A DNA stretch of 54,502 nt from Macrostomum lignano (lineage: Eukaryota), in contig NIVC01002084.1 in the NCBI GenBank assembly GCA_002269645.1, forward strand, positions 1-54,502, read 5' to 3'. This document shows, piece after piece, positions 31,196 through 43,600 of this stretch. Position 1 is the stretch's first letter. Each line of letters begins with the position of its first letter. The notes under the pieces are model-generated. The model was not told the DNA's origin. It worked only from the letters and a program-made list of their open reading frames with translations, and ran no database searches. Position numbers and translations under genes: made by a program.

Positions 31196-33411
31196 CTACG
31201 TGAAGGAAAAATTTCACTTGATTATTATCACTTTCGATACATATCGGCCAAATCGTAGCAAAGACAAGTAAAAAAGCAATTAAATTTTTCAATTAAATAT
31301 TATTACTTTCGATACATATCGACAAAAATTGCAGCAAAGGCTATAATAGCTACGATTCATTATTAATACTTTTGATACATATCGGCCAAATATTAAAAGA
31401 TTATACATATCAGCTGCAAATATTTTTGAGCGAATATTATAATACTTTCGATACATATCGGCCAAGATCGTAGCAATAAAAGTCCATTGCAAAAATTTTT
31501 AATTGATAATTATTTTTTCGATACATGTCGGCCAGAATTGGGATTTGATTTCTTGTATTACCGATCTCGATCTTCAGCATTCCAGCGTTTTTAATATATT
31601 GATCTGATCGCGTAAATAACTGTAATTACATGCACAAATGTTTTTTTATGTTTCTCAATCGCAGTATTAATTCCAGAATTAATATCTATTTTTGTTATAA
31701 ATTCTTTGTTCAATCGTGTACTTTTAATAAAACAAGCGCGACATGTTTCTGCAATCACAAGAATGCCTGTAAAACAGCACTTAGCCGCGCAAGAAAAATT
31801 CGGCTTAAACTTGAGCTATACTTAATATTGCTCATAGAGATAAGCAGGCCACATTTTTTCTCACAAGGCAGTGAACTAATGATAACAAATAAGTTACTTG
31901 GCTCTGCGGGCCACATGACACGCATGACTAAAATTGTTACCGAAGTGCCATATAACATGTCCTCTCTATTAAAAACCCTTTCTAGTCGAAAGGACTCGAT
32001 ACATTCAGCATGTCCTATATAATATACTACGAGTATAATATTAAACGAGGGTGGGAAGCCAGGGCCCCCCCTTGCGGTTCAGCCTAAGTAGGGCTTTGCC
32101 GCTGGATCTGTCTGTGGGCCATACTACCAGGGGCATAGCCCGAGAGGCCACGCTTGGGTCCAGGTCTCAAGGCCTGGAAACTATATAAATCCTTCAGGCT
32201 TTCTAGGGCAGAAAGGCTTTTTGCCCTAGACAACCGTTGGATTTGTATTCCTTCTTGATTTCAAGAGCGGGCCAAGAATTGGGGCTACTTAGTCCATAGC
32301 GTCTTAGTCCATAGCTCAAGGCGGTGTTTTAGTCCATAGCTCAAAGCGGTGTCTTAGTCCATAGCTCAAGGCGGTGTCTTAGTCCATAGCTCAAGCCTAT
32401 GGACTAAGACACCGCCAACCCACAGTGGAATCAGGGACAGTGCTGGACCGAGTCCACCCAAGCCACCCCCTAACGATAAGACCCGAGTGTGCACGCGAAA
32501 AATTTTGAAAAAGCGGTCCGAAAGTGGGGAGACCCCAAAGTCTACGGAAATAGTGCTTTATATTGGAGAGTCTGGCCGAGCAGCTTAGTCTGGCGAGCCT
32601 CAAGGCTTTTTCGCTATCCAGCTCTATAAAAAGGCCAGTCCAAGGGGTTGGAGAGGGGCACAATTGGAGCAAGAGGAACCCGGACTCAGCCGGTGTTCCC
32701 CGATTCGGGACGAACTCATTACCCAGGACTCCAATCCACTGTCAGAGATGAGAGCCGCGAGACACAAAAGCAGGGAACATCCAGAGGAGACAGCAGGGTG
32801 GACCAAGGCTATAGAGCGCTCTCACCGAGGCGAGATTGGCAACTCCTACTGCAAGAAATAATTTTGATGAATTCAATTTATTTATCTATCCTGAATTTCC
32901 GGAGTTTCCGTAGTTCCTAAAAATAATACTAGTCGTACAAATAAAACAATACTGATTTTGCCCAACACTTCGATTTGTGACATCGGTCCCACAACCGGCG
33001 CTGACGTCAATATTCTGCCTATTCCGCTGACTTCTGCACGCTCACACAGGGTGCACAGCCGCTCTGACTTTCTAATCGCCAGACATGTACACTTTCTGTG
33101 CCTTACATATAGAATTTTCAAGATCGAAGTATACTTTATATAATTAACTTGTATTTTAAAAATCGCGCTGCTAATATTAAAGCCGGAAAATAATCACGTA
33201 AAATAAAACTATAAACAAAACAGCTGTTAAAATATTTTTTTCAGATTAATTAGTCTTTAAAAAAGGGAAGAAAATGCGGCAACCCAACTCGCGTAATTAA
33301 TTTATATTTATCAATTCATATGCATTACTTTAAGGCATCGATTTAAACGCGAATTTGCTACTTATAGTAGTTATCTCAAATTATGACTACTTTCTAAACA
33401 TATTGGTAGAG

Positions 33412-34374
33412 TCAAGAGGAGCTCCACTGCGGCCCGCCGCCGGCATAATTGCCGGTGATCTCTGCGCCAGAAAAGTCCATGCCGGGATTCTCGTATTGGA
33501 ATCGTTGGAGAGTCAGCTTCTTCTCCATCTGGTCGCGCTGGAGTGGATCGGGCTCGAACTCAGGCTGACCTACTAGTAGGCAGGGCCAGCAGCTCTGCAC
33601 AGGATCGGGCGATGCTTTGGCGAGCACAATTTGAAGCAGACGACGGTCGGCGAGAGTCCAAGAGCTCTCGTCTGGTCTGACTGACTTAGGTAGATCGCCT
33701 GACAGAAGTGACTGACCACCTGTGTGAATTGCGATTTGAGCGATTGGGAACTACAAGATTTTCAGGTTGTCTTTTTTAGCTCTCTGCTTAGATTACCTTC
33801 TCCAACCGATCTGTCTATGTAGTTTAGCAAGCTGTCTACTTTGTCTACAAAGCCGTCTACTTTGTCTACCAAACTGTCTACTTTGTCTACCAAGTTGTCT
33901 ACTTTGTCTACCAAACTGTCTACTTTGTCTACCAAATTGTCTACTTTGTCTACCAAACTGTTTACTTTGTCTACTAAACTGTCTACTTTGTCTACCAAGT
34001 TGTCTTGTTTGCCTATCAGGTTGTCTACTTTGACTACGAATCTATGTACTTTATCTATTAAACTCTACTAACTACCTCTCCGGAAACCTTCATTTTTTCT
34101 ACCAACTTGTCTACTTTTCTTTGAACTGTCAGTTTTTTAGGCCTATACCTGTCTATCTTTTCCATCTACTATAGTTTCACAGCAACTTAGTCAACATTCA
34201 CCTACCAGTCAGGGAAACTCGCAGATTATTCACGCCTATTTTGCACACAACCTGAGTGCCTCGGGTGCCTTCTGGCACTTGCAGTTCGATGTACACCTCG
34301 TCTAATGTCTGCCACCATCTGCCGCCAGGAAAATTGACACAGACCTCGCCGCTGCGTTCGTCAAAGTGGGCCAT
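33412..34374 (-). CDS. NUDCD2: NudC domain-containing protein 2 (158 aa). Exons: 34374-34206 and 33719-33412
   Basis: MAHFDERSG..GRWWQTLDEVYIELQVPEGTR..SSWTLADRRLLQIVLAK..DQMEKKLTLQRFQYENPGMDFSGAEITGNYAGGGP matches NUDCD2. The phase-1 GT-AG intron gives a full in-frame CDS. Confidence 0.93.
33825..34050. repeat. 21-bp minisatellite (CTACTTTGTCTACCAAACTGT)n in the NUDCD2 intron
   Basis: About 10 units. Confidence 0.9.
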
Positions 34375-34524
34375 GAATAATAGAATTTGCAGGAGCAGTG
34401 TGTACTTTTTAATCCAAGTATGCAGAACACAACAATGATCGAGTTTTGTCGTAGACATGCCATCAAACACTTAGGTGTATTTTGGTGGCAAAATTGAAGA
34501 TGATCAAGAGATTGATTGGAAGCA

Positions 34525-35150
34525 CCCACCACCCCATAGTACCACCTCAAGCACTCGTGGCCACAGAGCACCCGCCGAAAGCACGAACCACCCAATAGTA
34601 CCACCTAAAGCACTTGTGGCCACAGAGCACCCGCCAAAAGCACCCACCACCCCACAGCACCACCCGCCAAAAGCACCCACCACCCCACAGCACTCGCCAC
34701 CCCACAGTACTTGCCAACCCACAGCACTCGCCACCCCATAACAACCACCACCCCATAGCACCAACCACCCCACAGCAATCGCCACCCCACAGCACTCGCT
34801 ATTCCATAAAAACCACTACACCATAGCACCCACCACCACAGCACTCGCCACCCCACAGCACACGCCACCCCACAACAACCACCACCCCAAAGCACCCACC
34901 ACCCCACAGCACTCGCCACCCCACAGCACACGCCACCCCACAACAACCACCACCCCAAAGCACCCACCACCCCACAGCACTCGCCACCCCACAGCACTCG
35001 CTACCCTACAGCACCCGACCCCACAACACCCACCACCCTGCACTCGCCACCTCACGGCACCCGCCACCCCACGGCACCCGCCACCCAGCAGCACCCACCG
35101 CCAAAGCACTTGCAAATAGCACCCACCACTCCACACCACAGCAAACACCT
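34525..35150. repeat. CCA-rich degenerate tandem repeat upstream of NUDCD2
   Basis: CCACCCCACAGCAC-type units. Confidence 0.85.
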
Positions 35151-36520
35151 TGTCCACGAGTAAACCTTTTCTACAAGGGTGGCTAAATGTAATGAAACTG
35201 CATATATCTAAATACTTTTACATCTCTTCGATGGAACAGTAATAAAAACAAAGAAATAAGACGCATATTTTTAATTCACGCATAAAATTGCTGTGTATAC
35301 TCGTGTATATAGTGATAATTACGCTCGTAATCAATATTGACCCGATCTTTAAGCTTTTCAAATGAAACTTTTTATTAATTATAATCATAAGCAATATACA
35401 GAAAAACACAAGCAAAGCAAACAGGAATAACTTGATGATAGTAAGCTAGCAGCGCATTTTATTTATATTAAATTTATAAATGTATATTATATCAATAATT
35501 TAAGATCCCAAGAACCTCGCAAAATACCTTCATATCCTAAAGACTTCCCATCTGTCACAATCCCCATCCGTCACGGTCCTCATAACCACAATTCCAATGC
35601 GTCACGATCCCCATCCATAAAAATCCCCAACGCTTCATACCCCCCCCCCCCCAAATGTTCTTAACGACAGTACACAAATAAAAATAATTATTGTTAATGC
35701 GATTTTAAAAGAGCTTGCATTGCACAAAACCTTTGGGGGAATGTAAAAAAAACTCGGGCAATTAACAACACAATCACCTAATTGAGCTGGCAGTTTAACT
35801 GATTAGCAAATAATGCGCAGTTGATAACTCGGAAAAAAAACTTGAACAAATCATAGGACAGATAAGCGAGACAGACCAATATTCTATAGTTAAGTCTTCT
35901 TATTTTGTTATAAATTTGATCGATAATTACTCGTATATGATAATTGACACATCAATTTGAAGTTGGCATTCAAATGCAGTTTTACTGAAGCACTTTCGAA
36001 TTCGAAAGCAAGCAAGCAAATTTTCTCTCGTTCAAGTTTATTGAAAGCTATTGTCTTTCCAAGAAATACTACCGGATTCCGTATTGATGCTTTCCAAAAC
36101 CCCTTTAATACCTTTTCAACTTTGAATCTGTTGCAGTGAGTGAAATTCGTCAAACACAGACACTCAGAATTTGACTTATGGGATAGGTAAAACCTTTTTG
36201 TCTATGGCAGAAAGCTGAGCAAAGTGACATCATTCTGAGAAATAATTGAACTGTGTCTGTAACGGCCTGCCTCTCTGCCTCTTGTCACAATGCTACGAGT
36301 AGTAACTTACGATTTTTAAAACTAGAATTGATTTTCACTTCCATAAATAATTCTTTGTTAGTTGTGAGTTGACCTTCATTTCTTCGTCGAAAATTTTCTA
36401 AAAAAACTTCATTTAGGATTCCTGGCAAGTCCAGAAGATGAGAGGAGCGAACTGGATTAAACTATTATTGTTTTGTTCTTTCAAGTAAAAAAATCATTGT
36501 TGACATAAGGTCAATCGGTT

Positions 36521-36931
36521 TTAGTCTGCCTGGCTTGATGCTGTCAAGACTCGAACCCGGTGCTCGCTAATAAGATGTCGAACTGTTGGGGCAGCAGCAG
36601 CAGCAGCATCAGAAGCACTGCCAGACTGTTGAACCAAACCAACTGGACCTTTCTCACAGTCGGCGCAGATCAAATATCGCAACCCGTCAACAGTGTTAGT
36701 GAAGCCAATATTTTCAAACTGCATCATGTCGAGTACGCACCACCATTGACCTGGACAAGATTCTAAAGGAAAATCTGACGGCTTGCTAGCCTGTTTGGCG
36801 TGCATTGCCGGCAGCTGGTGAGTCTCTTCTGATGGACAGATTGTTGCTACGCCCGCCTGCAAAATCAAACTGCCGCAGTATTGACAGGCAAGATTGTGAG
36901 GGTTTGTTGAGTCAGCTGGTGCTGATGACAT
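36521..36931 (-). CDS. RABIF: MSS4/RABIF Rab guanine-nucleotide exchange factor or chaperone, single exon
   Basis: The zinc-binding CQYC and CADC pairs and [31 protein letters not shown] are diagnostic for Mss4. An alternative ATG lies at 36949. The longer ORF-track start at 37054 reads out of the upstream repeat. Confidence 0.92.
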   Translation of the reverse strand: MSSAPADSTNPHNLACQYCGSLILQAGVATICPSEETHQLPAMHAKQASKPSDFPLESCPGQWWCVLDMMQFENIGFTNTVDGLRYLICADCEKGPVGLVQQSGSASDAAAAAAPTVRHLISEHRVRVLTASSQAD

Positions 36932-36999
36932 TGTGGCCACTGCTGGCATGCAAAGAAGTGAAATCAGCATACTTTTATACTCTAAAATAGAAGTTGAGA

Positions 37000-38075
37000 C
37001 TGTTGTGACTCTGTGTAGCCATACTCTAACCCCAGTGACTCTCTGAGTAGCCATACTCTAACCCCAGTGACTCTCTGAGTAGCCATACTCTAACCCCAGT
37101 GACTCTCTGAGTAGCCATACTCTAACCCCAGTGACTCTCTGAGTAGCTATACTCTAACCCCAGTGACTCTCTGAGTAGCCATACTCTAACCCCAGTGACT
37201 CTCTGAGTAGCCATACTCTAACCCCAGTGACTTTCTGAGTAGCCATACTCTAACCCCAGTGACTCTCTGAGTAGCCATACTCTAACCCCAGTGACTCTCT
37301 GAGTAGCCATACTCTAACCCCAGTGACTCTGAGTAGCCATACTCTAACCCCAGTCTGAGTAGCCATACTCTAACCCCAGTGACTCTCTGAGTAGCCATAC
37401 TCTAACCCCAGTGACTCTCTGAGTAGCCATACTCTAACCCCAGTGACTCTCTGAGTAGCCATACTCTAACCCCAGTGACTCTCTGAGTAGCCATACTCTA
37501 ACCCCAGTGACTCTCTGAGTAGCCATACTTGAACCCCAGTCTGAGTAGCCATACTCTAACCCCAGTGACTCTCTGAGTAGCCATACTCTAACCCCAGTGA
37601 CTCTCAGTAGCCATACTCTAACCCCAGTCTGAGTAGCCATACTCTAACCCCAGTCTGAGTAGCCATACTCTAACCCCAGTCTGAGTAGCCATACTCGAAC
37701 CCCAGTCTGAGTAGCCATACTCTAACCCCAGTGACTCTCTGAGTAGCCATACTCTAACCCCAGTGACTCTGAGTAGCCATACTCGAACCCCAGTCTGAGT
37801 AGCCATACTCTAACCCCAGTGATTCTCTGAGTAGCCATACTCTAACCCCAGTGACTCTCTGAGTAGCCATACTCTAACCCCAGTGACTCTCTGAGTAGCC
37901 ATAATCTAACCCCAGTGACTCTTTGAGTAGCCATAATCTAACCCCAGTGACTCTCTGAGTAGCCATACTCTAACCCCAGTGACTCTCTGAGTAGCCATAC
38001 TTCAACCCCAGTCTGAGTAGCCATACTGTAACCCCAGTGACTCTCTGAGTAGCCATAATCTAACCCCAGTGACTC
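37000..38075. repeat. 32-bp minisatellite (GTGACTCTCTGAGTAGCCATACTCTAACCCCA)n with 26- and 30-bp variants
   Basis: About 35 units, starting about 70 bp upstream of the MSS4 ATG. Confidence 0.95.
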
Positions 38076-38847
38076 AGATTATAAAGAAACTGAAACAAAT
38101 AAAAAAGAAAAAATTGTCTGACACAGGGAAAATTAAAATCCGAAGTTATTATATTACAATTTATTTTTTTAAACAGCGCCCTTGAAGTCACTGAAAGATA
38201 GTTTAGTAGTGGCTCAGTCACAAACGCACACAAACACAAAAACACACTTATTTTTCTAGATTATTAGACACGGCAGTCAAAAAGAAATTGTCATCGCATA
38301 CACTGGAAAGTAAAACTTGAGGGCTGAGTTTATTGTATGTCCAACAAAAGCCATTTTAAAGGTAATTAAAAATGCCAAAATATGAAATTCATATGATTAT
38401 TTTTTTACAAAGTTGCATTAAGTTTTTCAAGTTGAACGAAAATAAACAGGCACTAGCCGTTATATCGTACTAATAGTAGTACCATAGCGAAGTCAGCACA
38501 CTTTGTGTACATTTCTAGGTTAGGCAAGAAAAATGCAATATTTTTTTTATAACAGAAACTATATTTTTTCTCGGCTGCATTCATATACACTGATTACGTA
38601 ATATCTTAACAATAATATCGATTGACCTCATTATTTATCAAAAGCGGAACTAAATATGGTTTAGAAAATCTTTAATACAATTATAAATCAAACTGAAATA
38701 AGCGCAATAAAATTTCTGGATAAACAGATGCAGACAGCTAAAGAGTGCCAATTGAGAAGGTTTATATAAACAAAAATATTTTACAAATTTCAACGAACCA
38801 TTGGTCTATGTAATAGGAAGAGATACATATCCTCGGAATACTCGTAG

Positions 38848-40560
38848 TTGTATCTGTCCTGTTCACAGGTGTCTGTCATAATCCCATGTATCTGTCCTGT
38901 CTACAGGTGTCTATCCTATCAACAGGTGTCTGTCAAATTCCCATGCATCTGTCCTATTTACAGGTGTCTGTCATATTCCCATGTATCTGTCCTGTCTACA
39001 GGTGTCTGTCATATTCCCATGCATCTGTCCTATCAACAGGTGTCTGTCAAATTCCCATGCATCTGTCCTATTTACAGGTGTCTGTCATATTCCCATGTAT
39101 CTGTCCTGTCTACAGGTGTCTGTCATATTCCCATGCATCTGTCCTATCAACAGGTGTCTGTCAAATTCCCATGCATCTGTCCTATTTACAGGTGTCTGTC
39201 ATATTCCCATGTATCTGTCCTGTCTACAGGTGTCTGTCATATTCCCATGCATCTGTCCTATCAACAGGTGTCTGTCATATTCCCATGTATCTGTCCTGTC
39301 TACAGGTGTCCGTCATATTCCCATGTATCTGTCCTGTCTGTAGACAGGTGTCTATCCTATCAACAGGTGTCTGTCATATTCCCATGTATCTGTCCTGTCT
39401 ACAGGTGTCTATCCTATCCACAGGTGTCTGTCATATTCCCATGTATCTGTCCTGTCTACAGGTATCTGTCCTATCCACAGGTGTCTGTCATATTCCCATG
39501 TATCTGTCCTGTCTACAGGTGTCTATCCTATCCACAGGTGTCTGTCATATTCCCATGTATCTGTCCTATTTACAGGTGTCTGTCCTATCCACAGGTGTCT
39601 GTCATATTCCCATGTATCTGTCCTGTCTACAGGTATCTGTCCTATCCACAGGTGTCTGTCATATTCCCATGTATCTGTCCTGTCTACAGGTATCTGTCCT
39701 ATCCACAGGTGTCTGTCATATTCCCATGTATCTGTCCTATTTACAGGTGTCTGTCCTATCCACAGGTGTCTGTCATATTCCCATGTATCTGTCCTGTCTA
39801 CAGGTATCTGTCCTATCCACAGGTGTCTGTCATATTCCCATGTATCTGTCCTGTCTACAGGTATCTGTCCTATCCACAGGTGTCTGTCATATTCCCATGT
39901 ATCTGTCCTGTCTACAGGTATCTGTCCTATCCACAGGTGTCTGTCATATTCCCATGTATCTGTCCTGTCTACAGGTATCTGTCCTATCCACAGGTGTCTG
40001 TCATATTCCCATGTATCTGTCCTGTCTACAGGTATCTGTCCTATCCACAGGTGTCTGTCATATTCCCATGTATCTGTCCTGTCTACAGGTGTTTGTTCTA
40101 TCCACAGGTGTCTGTCATATTCCCATGTATCTGTCCTGTCTACAGGTGTTTGTTCTATCCACAGGTGTCTGTCATATTCCCATGTATCTGTCCTGTCTAC
40201 AGGTGTTTGTTCTATCCACAGGTGTCTGTCATATTCCCATGTATCTGTCCTGTCTACAGGTGTTTGTTCTATCCACAGGTGTCTGTCATATTCCCATGTA
40301 TCTGTCCTGTCTACAGGTGTTTGTTCTATCCACAGGTGTCTGTCATATTCCCATGTATCTGTCCTGTCTACAGGTGTTTGTTCTATCCACAGGTGTCTGT
40401 CATATTCCCATGTATCTGTCCTGTCTACAGGTGTTTGTTCTATCCACAGGTGCTGTCCTGTTCACAGGTGTCTGTCCTGTCAACCGGTGCCTGTCCTATT
40501 CACAGGTGTTTGTCCTATTTACAGGTGTCTGTCCTAGTGTCCTGTTGAAATGTGTCTGCC
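38848..40560. repeat. 57-bp higher-order repeat made of three 19-bp monomers
   Basis: CAGGTGTCTGTCATATTCC / CATGTATCTGTCCTGTCTA / CAGGTATCTGTCCTATCCA. It explains the 566- and 593-aa ORFs. Confidence 0.94.
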
Positions 40561-40699
40561 TACCACACTACCTGTCTTTCTGTCTAATGTCTGTTCCTTC
40601 TGTCTGCTTTTACAATTCTTATAGGACGTATCCTCATATCTTAAAAACAGCAGTCTTATTTATATAAAAATCAATACAGCAAAAAACATAAAAATTCGA

Positions 40700-43600
40700 T
40701 CAAAGATCAGGCATTTCATTGCAATCATTGTCGCTACAATCCTTATCATTAGAACTACCGTTATTGTTATTATTATTATTAATAGCATACTTGACCAGCT
40801 TCCTCTCGGCATTCTTTCGCCTTTTAGTCTCTTCAGCTAGCAGTCGTCTAAGCGTGAGCACCTCGGCAGCCAGACGGTCCACAGCGGCAGATTTGCTAGC
40901 CGCATAGCGCCACGACTGCAACAGCTCAGCAGCTTGAGGCCGTCTGGCCGGATCTGGATGAGTCAGCTTCAGGATGACATCGGCTTCTTGCGGATAGCGC
41001 AACGCCAGATCGTCGGGCAGTCGATGCTCCCGTCTCAGTTCGTTTAGCAATCGTTGGCGCTCGTGACCGCTAGAGAACGGCTGGTAGAGCTCGAATAGGA
41101 TGACCCCTAAGCTGAACATGTCGGTCTTCTGGTCGTACTGCAGGCCGGCCCGCAGCTCCGGGCTCTGGTAGCTGGCGGTGCCCACAGTGGACATTTTCAA
41201 GCGTGGCGCGTCAGCGCGCCTCGGATCTGCCGGGCTGGCTACTGAACGGGCGAGACCGAAATCCCCGATTCGAACTCGATAGCGGCATCTTGGGGATTGA
41301 TGGGGGGCATGAAAGATTCGATGGGATTCAACATTTATCGCCTCTTCTACTTTTCTCCCCGATTCTATCCTTGATTCTACTTTTCTTCTTCCCGATTCTA
41401 TCCTTGATTCTACTTTTCTTCCCAATTCTTTCCTATTCTATTTTTCTTCTTCCCGATTCTATCCTTGATTCTACTTTTCTTCTTCCCGATTCTATCCTTG
41501 ATTCTACTTTTCTTCTTCCCGATTCTATCCTTGATTCTATTTTTCTTTCCGATTACATCCTTGATTCTATTTTTTTTCTTTCCGATTACATCCTTGATTC
41601 TATTTTTTTTCTTTCCGATTACATCCTTGATTCTATTTTTTTTCTTTCCGATTCTATCCTTGATTCTACTTTTCTCCTTCCCGATTCTATCCTTGATTCT
41701 ACTTTTCTTCTTCCCGATTCTATCCTTGATTCTACTTTTCTTCTTTCCGATTCTATCCATTGATTCTACTTTTCTTCTTCCCGATTCTATCCTTGATTCT
41801 ACTTTTCTTCTTTCCGATTCTATCCATTGATTCTACTTTTCTTCTTCCCGATTCTATCCTTGATTCTACTTTTCTTCCCGATTGTATCCTTGATTCTACT
41901 TTTCTTCTTCCCGATTCTATCCTTGATTCTATTTTTCTTCCTGATTCTTTCCTTGATTCTACTTTTCTTCTTCCCGATTCTATCCTTGATTCTATTTTTC
42001 TTTCCGATTCTATCCTTGATTCTATTTTTCTTTCCGATTCTATCCTTGATTCTATTTTTCTTTCCGATTACATCCTTGATTCTACTTTTCTTCTTCCCGA
42101 TTCTATCCTTGATTCTATTTTTCTTCCCGATTCTATCCTTGATTCTACTTTTCTTTCCGATTATATCCTTGATTCTACTTTTCTTCTTTCCGATTCTATC
42201 CTTGATTCTACTTTTCTTCTCCCCCAATTCTATCCTTGATTCTATTTTTCTTTCCGATTCTATCCTTGATTCTATTTGTCTTTCCGATTATACCCTTGAT
42301 TCTACTTTTCTTCTTTCCGATTATATCATTGATTCTACTTTTCTTCTTCCTGATTCTATCCTTGATTCTACTTTTTTTCTTCCCGATTCTATCCTTGATT
42401 CTACTTTTATTCTTCGATTCTATCCTTGATTCTACTTTTCTTCCCGATTCTATCCTTGATTCTACTTTTCTACCCGATTCTACCCTTGATTCTATTTTTT
42501 CTTTCCGATTCTATCCTTGATTCTACTTTTCTTCCCGATTCTATCCTTGATTCTATTTTTCTTTTACTTTCCTTCCAATTTTATCCTATCTTTTTCTTGA
42601 CTGTGTTATTGATTTGGATTCTAATTCTATATTTTATTTTCATTTTTACTTTCCCTTTGAACTGCCATTCTTTAATTCAATTGTCATATAAGTCTACTAT
42701 AGGCTTATTTGAATTTTTCTAAATTCCCAGTCTCCCCCCCCCTATAATACTACTCACTTAGTAGTCTCCGGCGATTCAACCAGTTGCAAAAACACATTCG
42801 TGCATTTCAAGTCGCGATGCAGAATGCCCTGACCGTGAATGTACTCAATGCCGCGAAGGAGCTGATGAAAAATGTCGTGATTCTCGTAGTCGTCAATGAC
42901 TGGGCCAGTGGGGGCGCTGGTGGAATTTCTCCGATCGAGGTGAGCCTGCAGGTTGGTGTCGCACAGCTGCATCTGGATGAAGAGCACCAGTTCGCTACTG
43001 CGCAGAGTCATCATACGGTTGAGCGGAGCGCGATGCGACAGCGGCATCAGCTGGTGATGCCGCTTCTTGGATGCTGGCCGTCTGGCATTGCCGCCGTTGC
43101 GATGGTTACCGTCTATGGCAGATGATGAAGCCTCTTCGAGGGACAGCACACGCCTAGCGGTGCGGTTGAAATGCAGTTAATAGTTTCTTAAAGCTCTGGT
43201 GACTGTGGGATTTAGCGATATCCCATCGACTCAGCTCCATCCAGGGACTAAGGAACTGGAAGGCTGGCTCAGCAACTGAGGATCTGAGAAGCTGGCCAAG
43301 CAACTGAGGATCTGGAAGGCTGGCTAAGCAACTGAGGATCTGGGAGGCTGGGAAGTTGGCCAAGCAACTGAGGATCTGGGAAGCTGGCCAAGCAACTGAG
43401 GATCTGGGAAGCTGGCCCAGCAACTGAGGATCTGTGAAGCTGGCCAAGCAACTGAGGATCCGGGAGGCTGATGACCCAGCAACTGAGGATCTGGGAAGCT
43501 GGCCAAGCAACTGAGGATCTAGGAGGCTGATGACCCAGCAACTGAGGATCTGGGAGGCTGATGACCCAGCAACTGAGGATCTGGAAGGCTGGGTGAAGGA

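Noticed and set aside
31231-31535. CRISPR array
   Set aside because: The context is eukaryotic, there are no cas genes, and the spacers are partly homologous with irregular lengths.
31630-32022. 130-aa ORF
   Set aside because: AT-rich, with no recognisable motif or splice support.
32020-32935. Second Helitron (TCCTATATAAT ... CTAG|T)
   Set aside because: The 5' TC follows G rather than A and there is no convincing GC hairpin before CTAG.
35908-36153. 81-aa minus-strand ORF between MSS4 and NUDCD2
   Set aside because: No recognisable homology and no clear splice sites.
38848-40667. 566- and 593-aa Cys-rich ORFs
   Set aside because: They are translations of the 57-bp repeat, with no domain and no credible start context.
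41203-42722. Hydrophobic and Lys-rich ORFs on both strands
   Set aside because: They come from the intronic 30-33-bp array.
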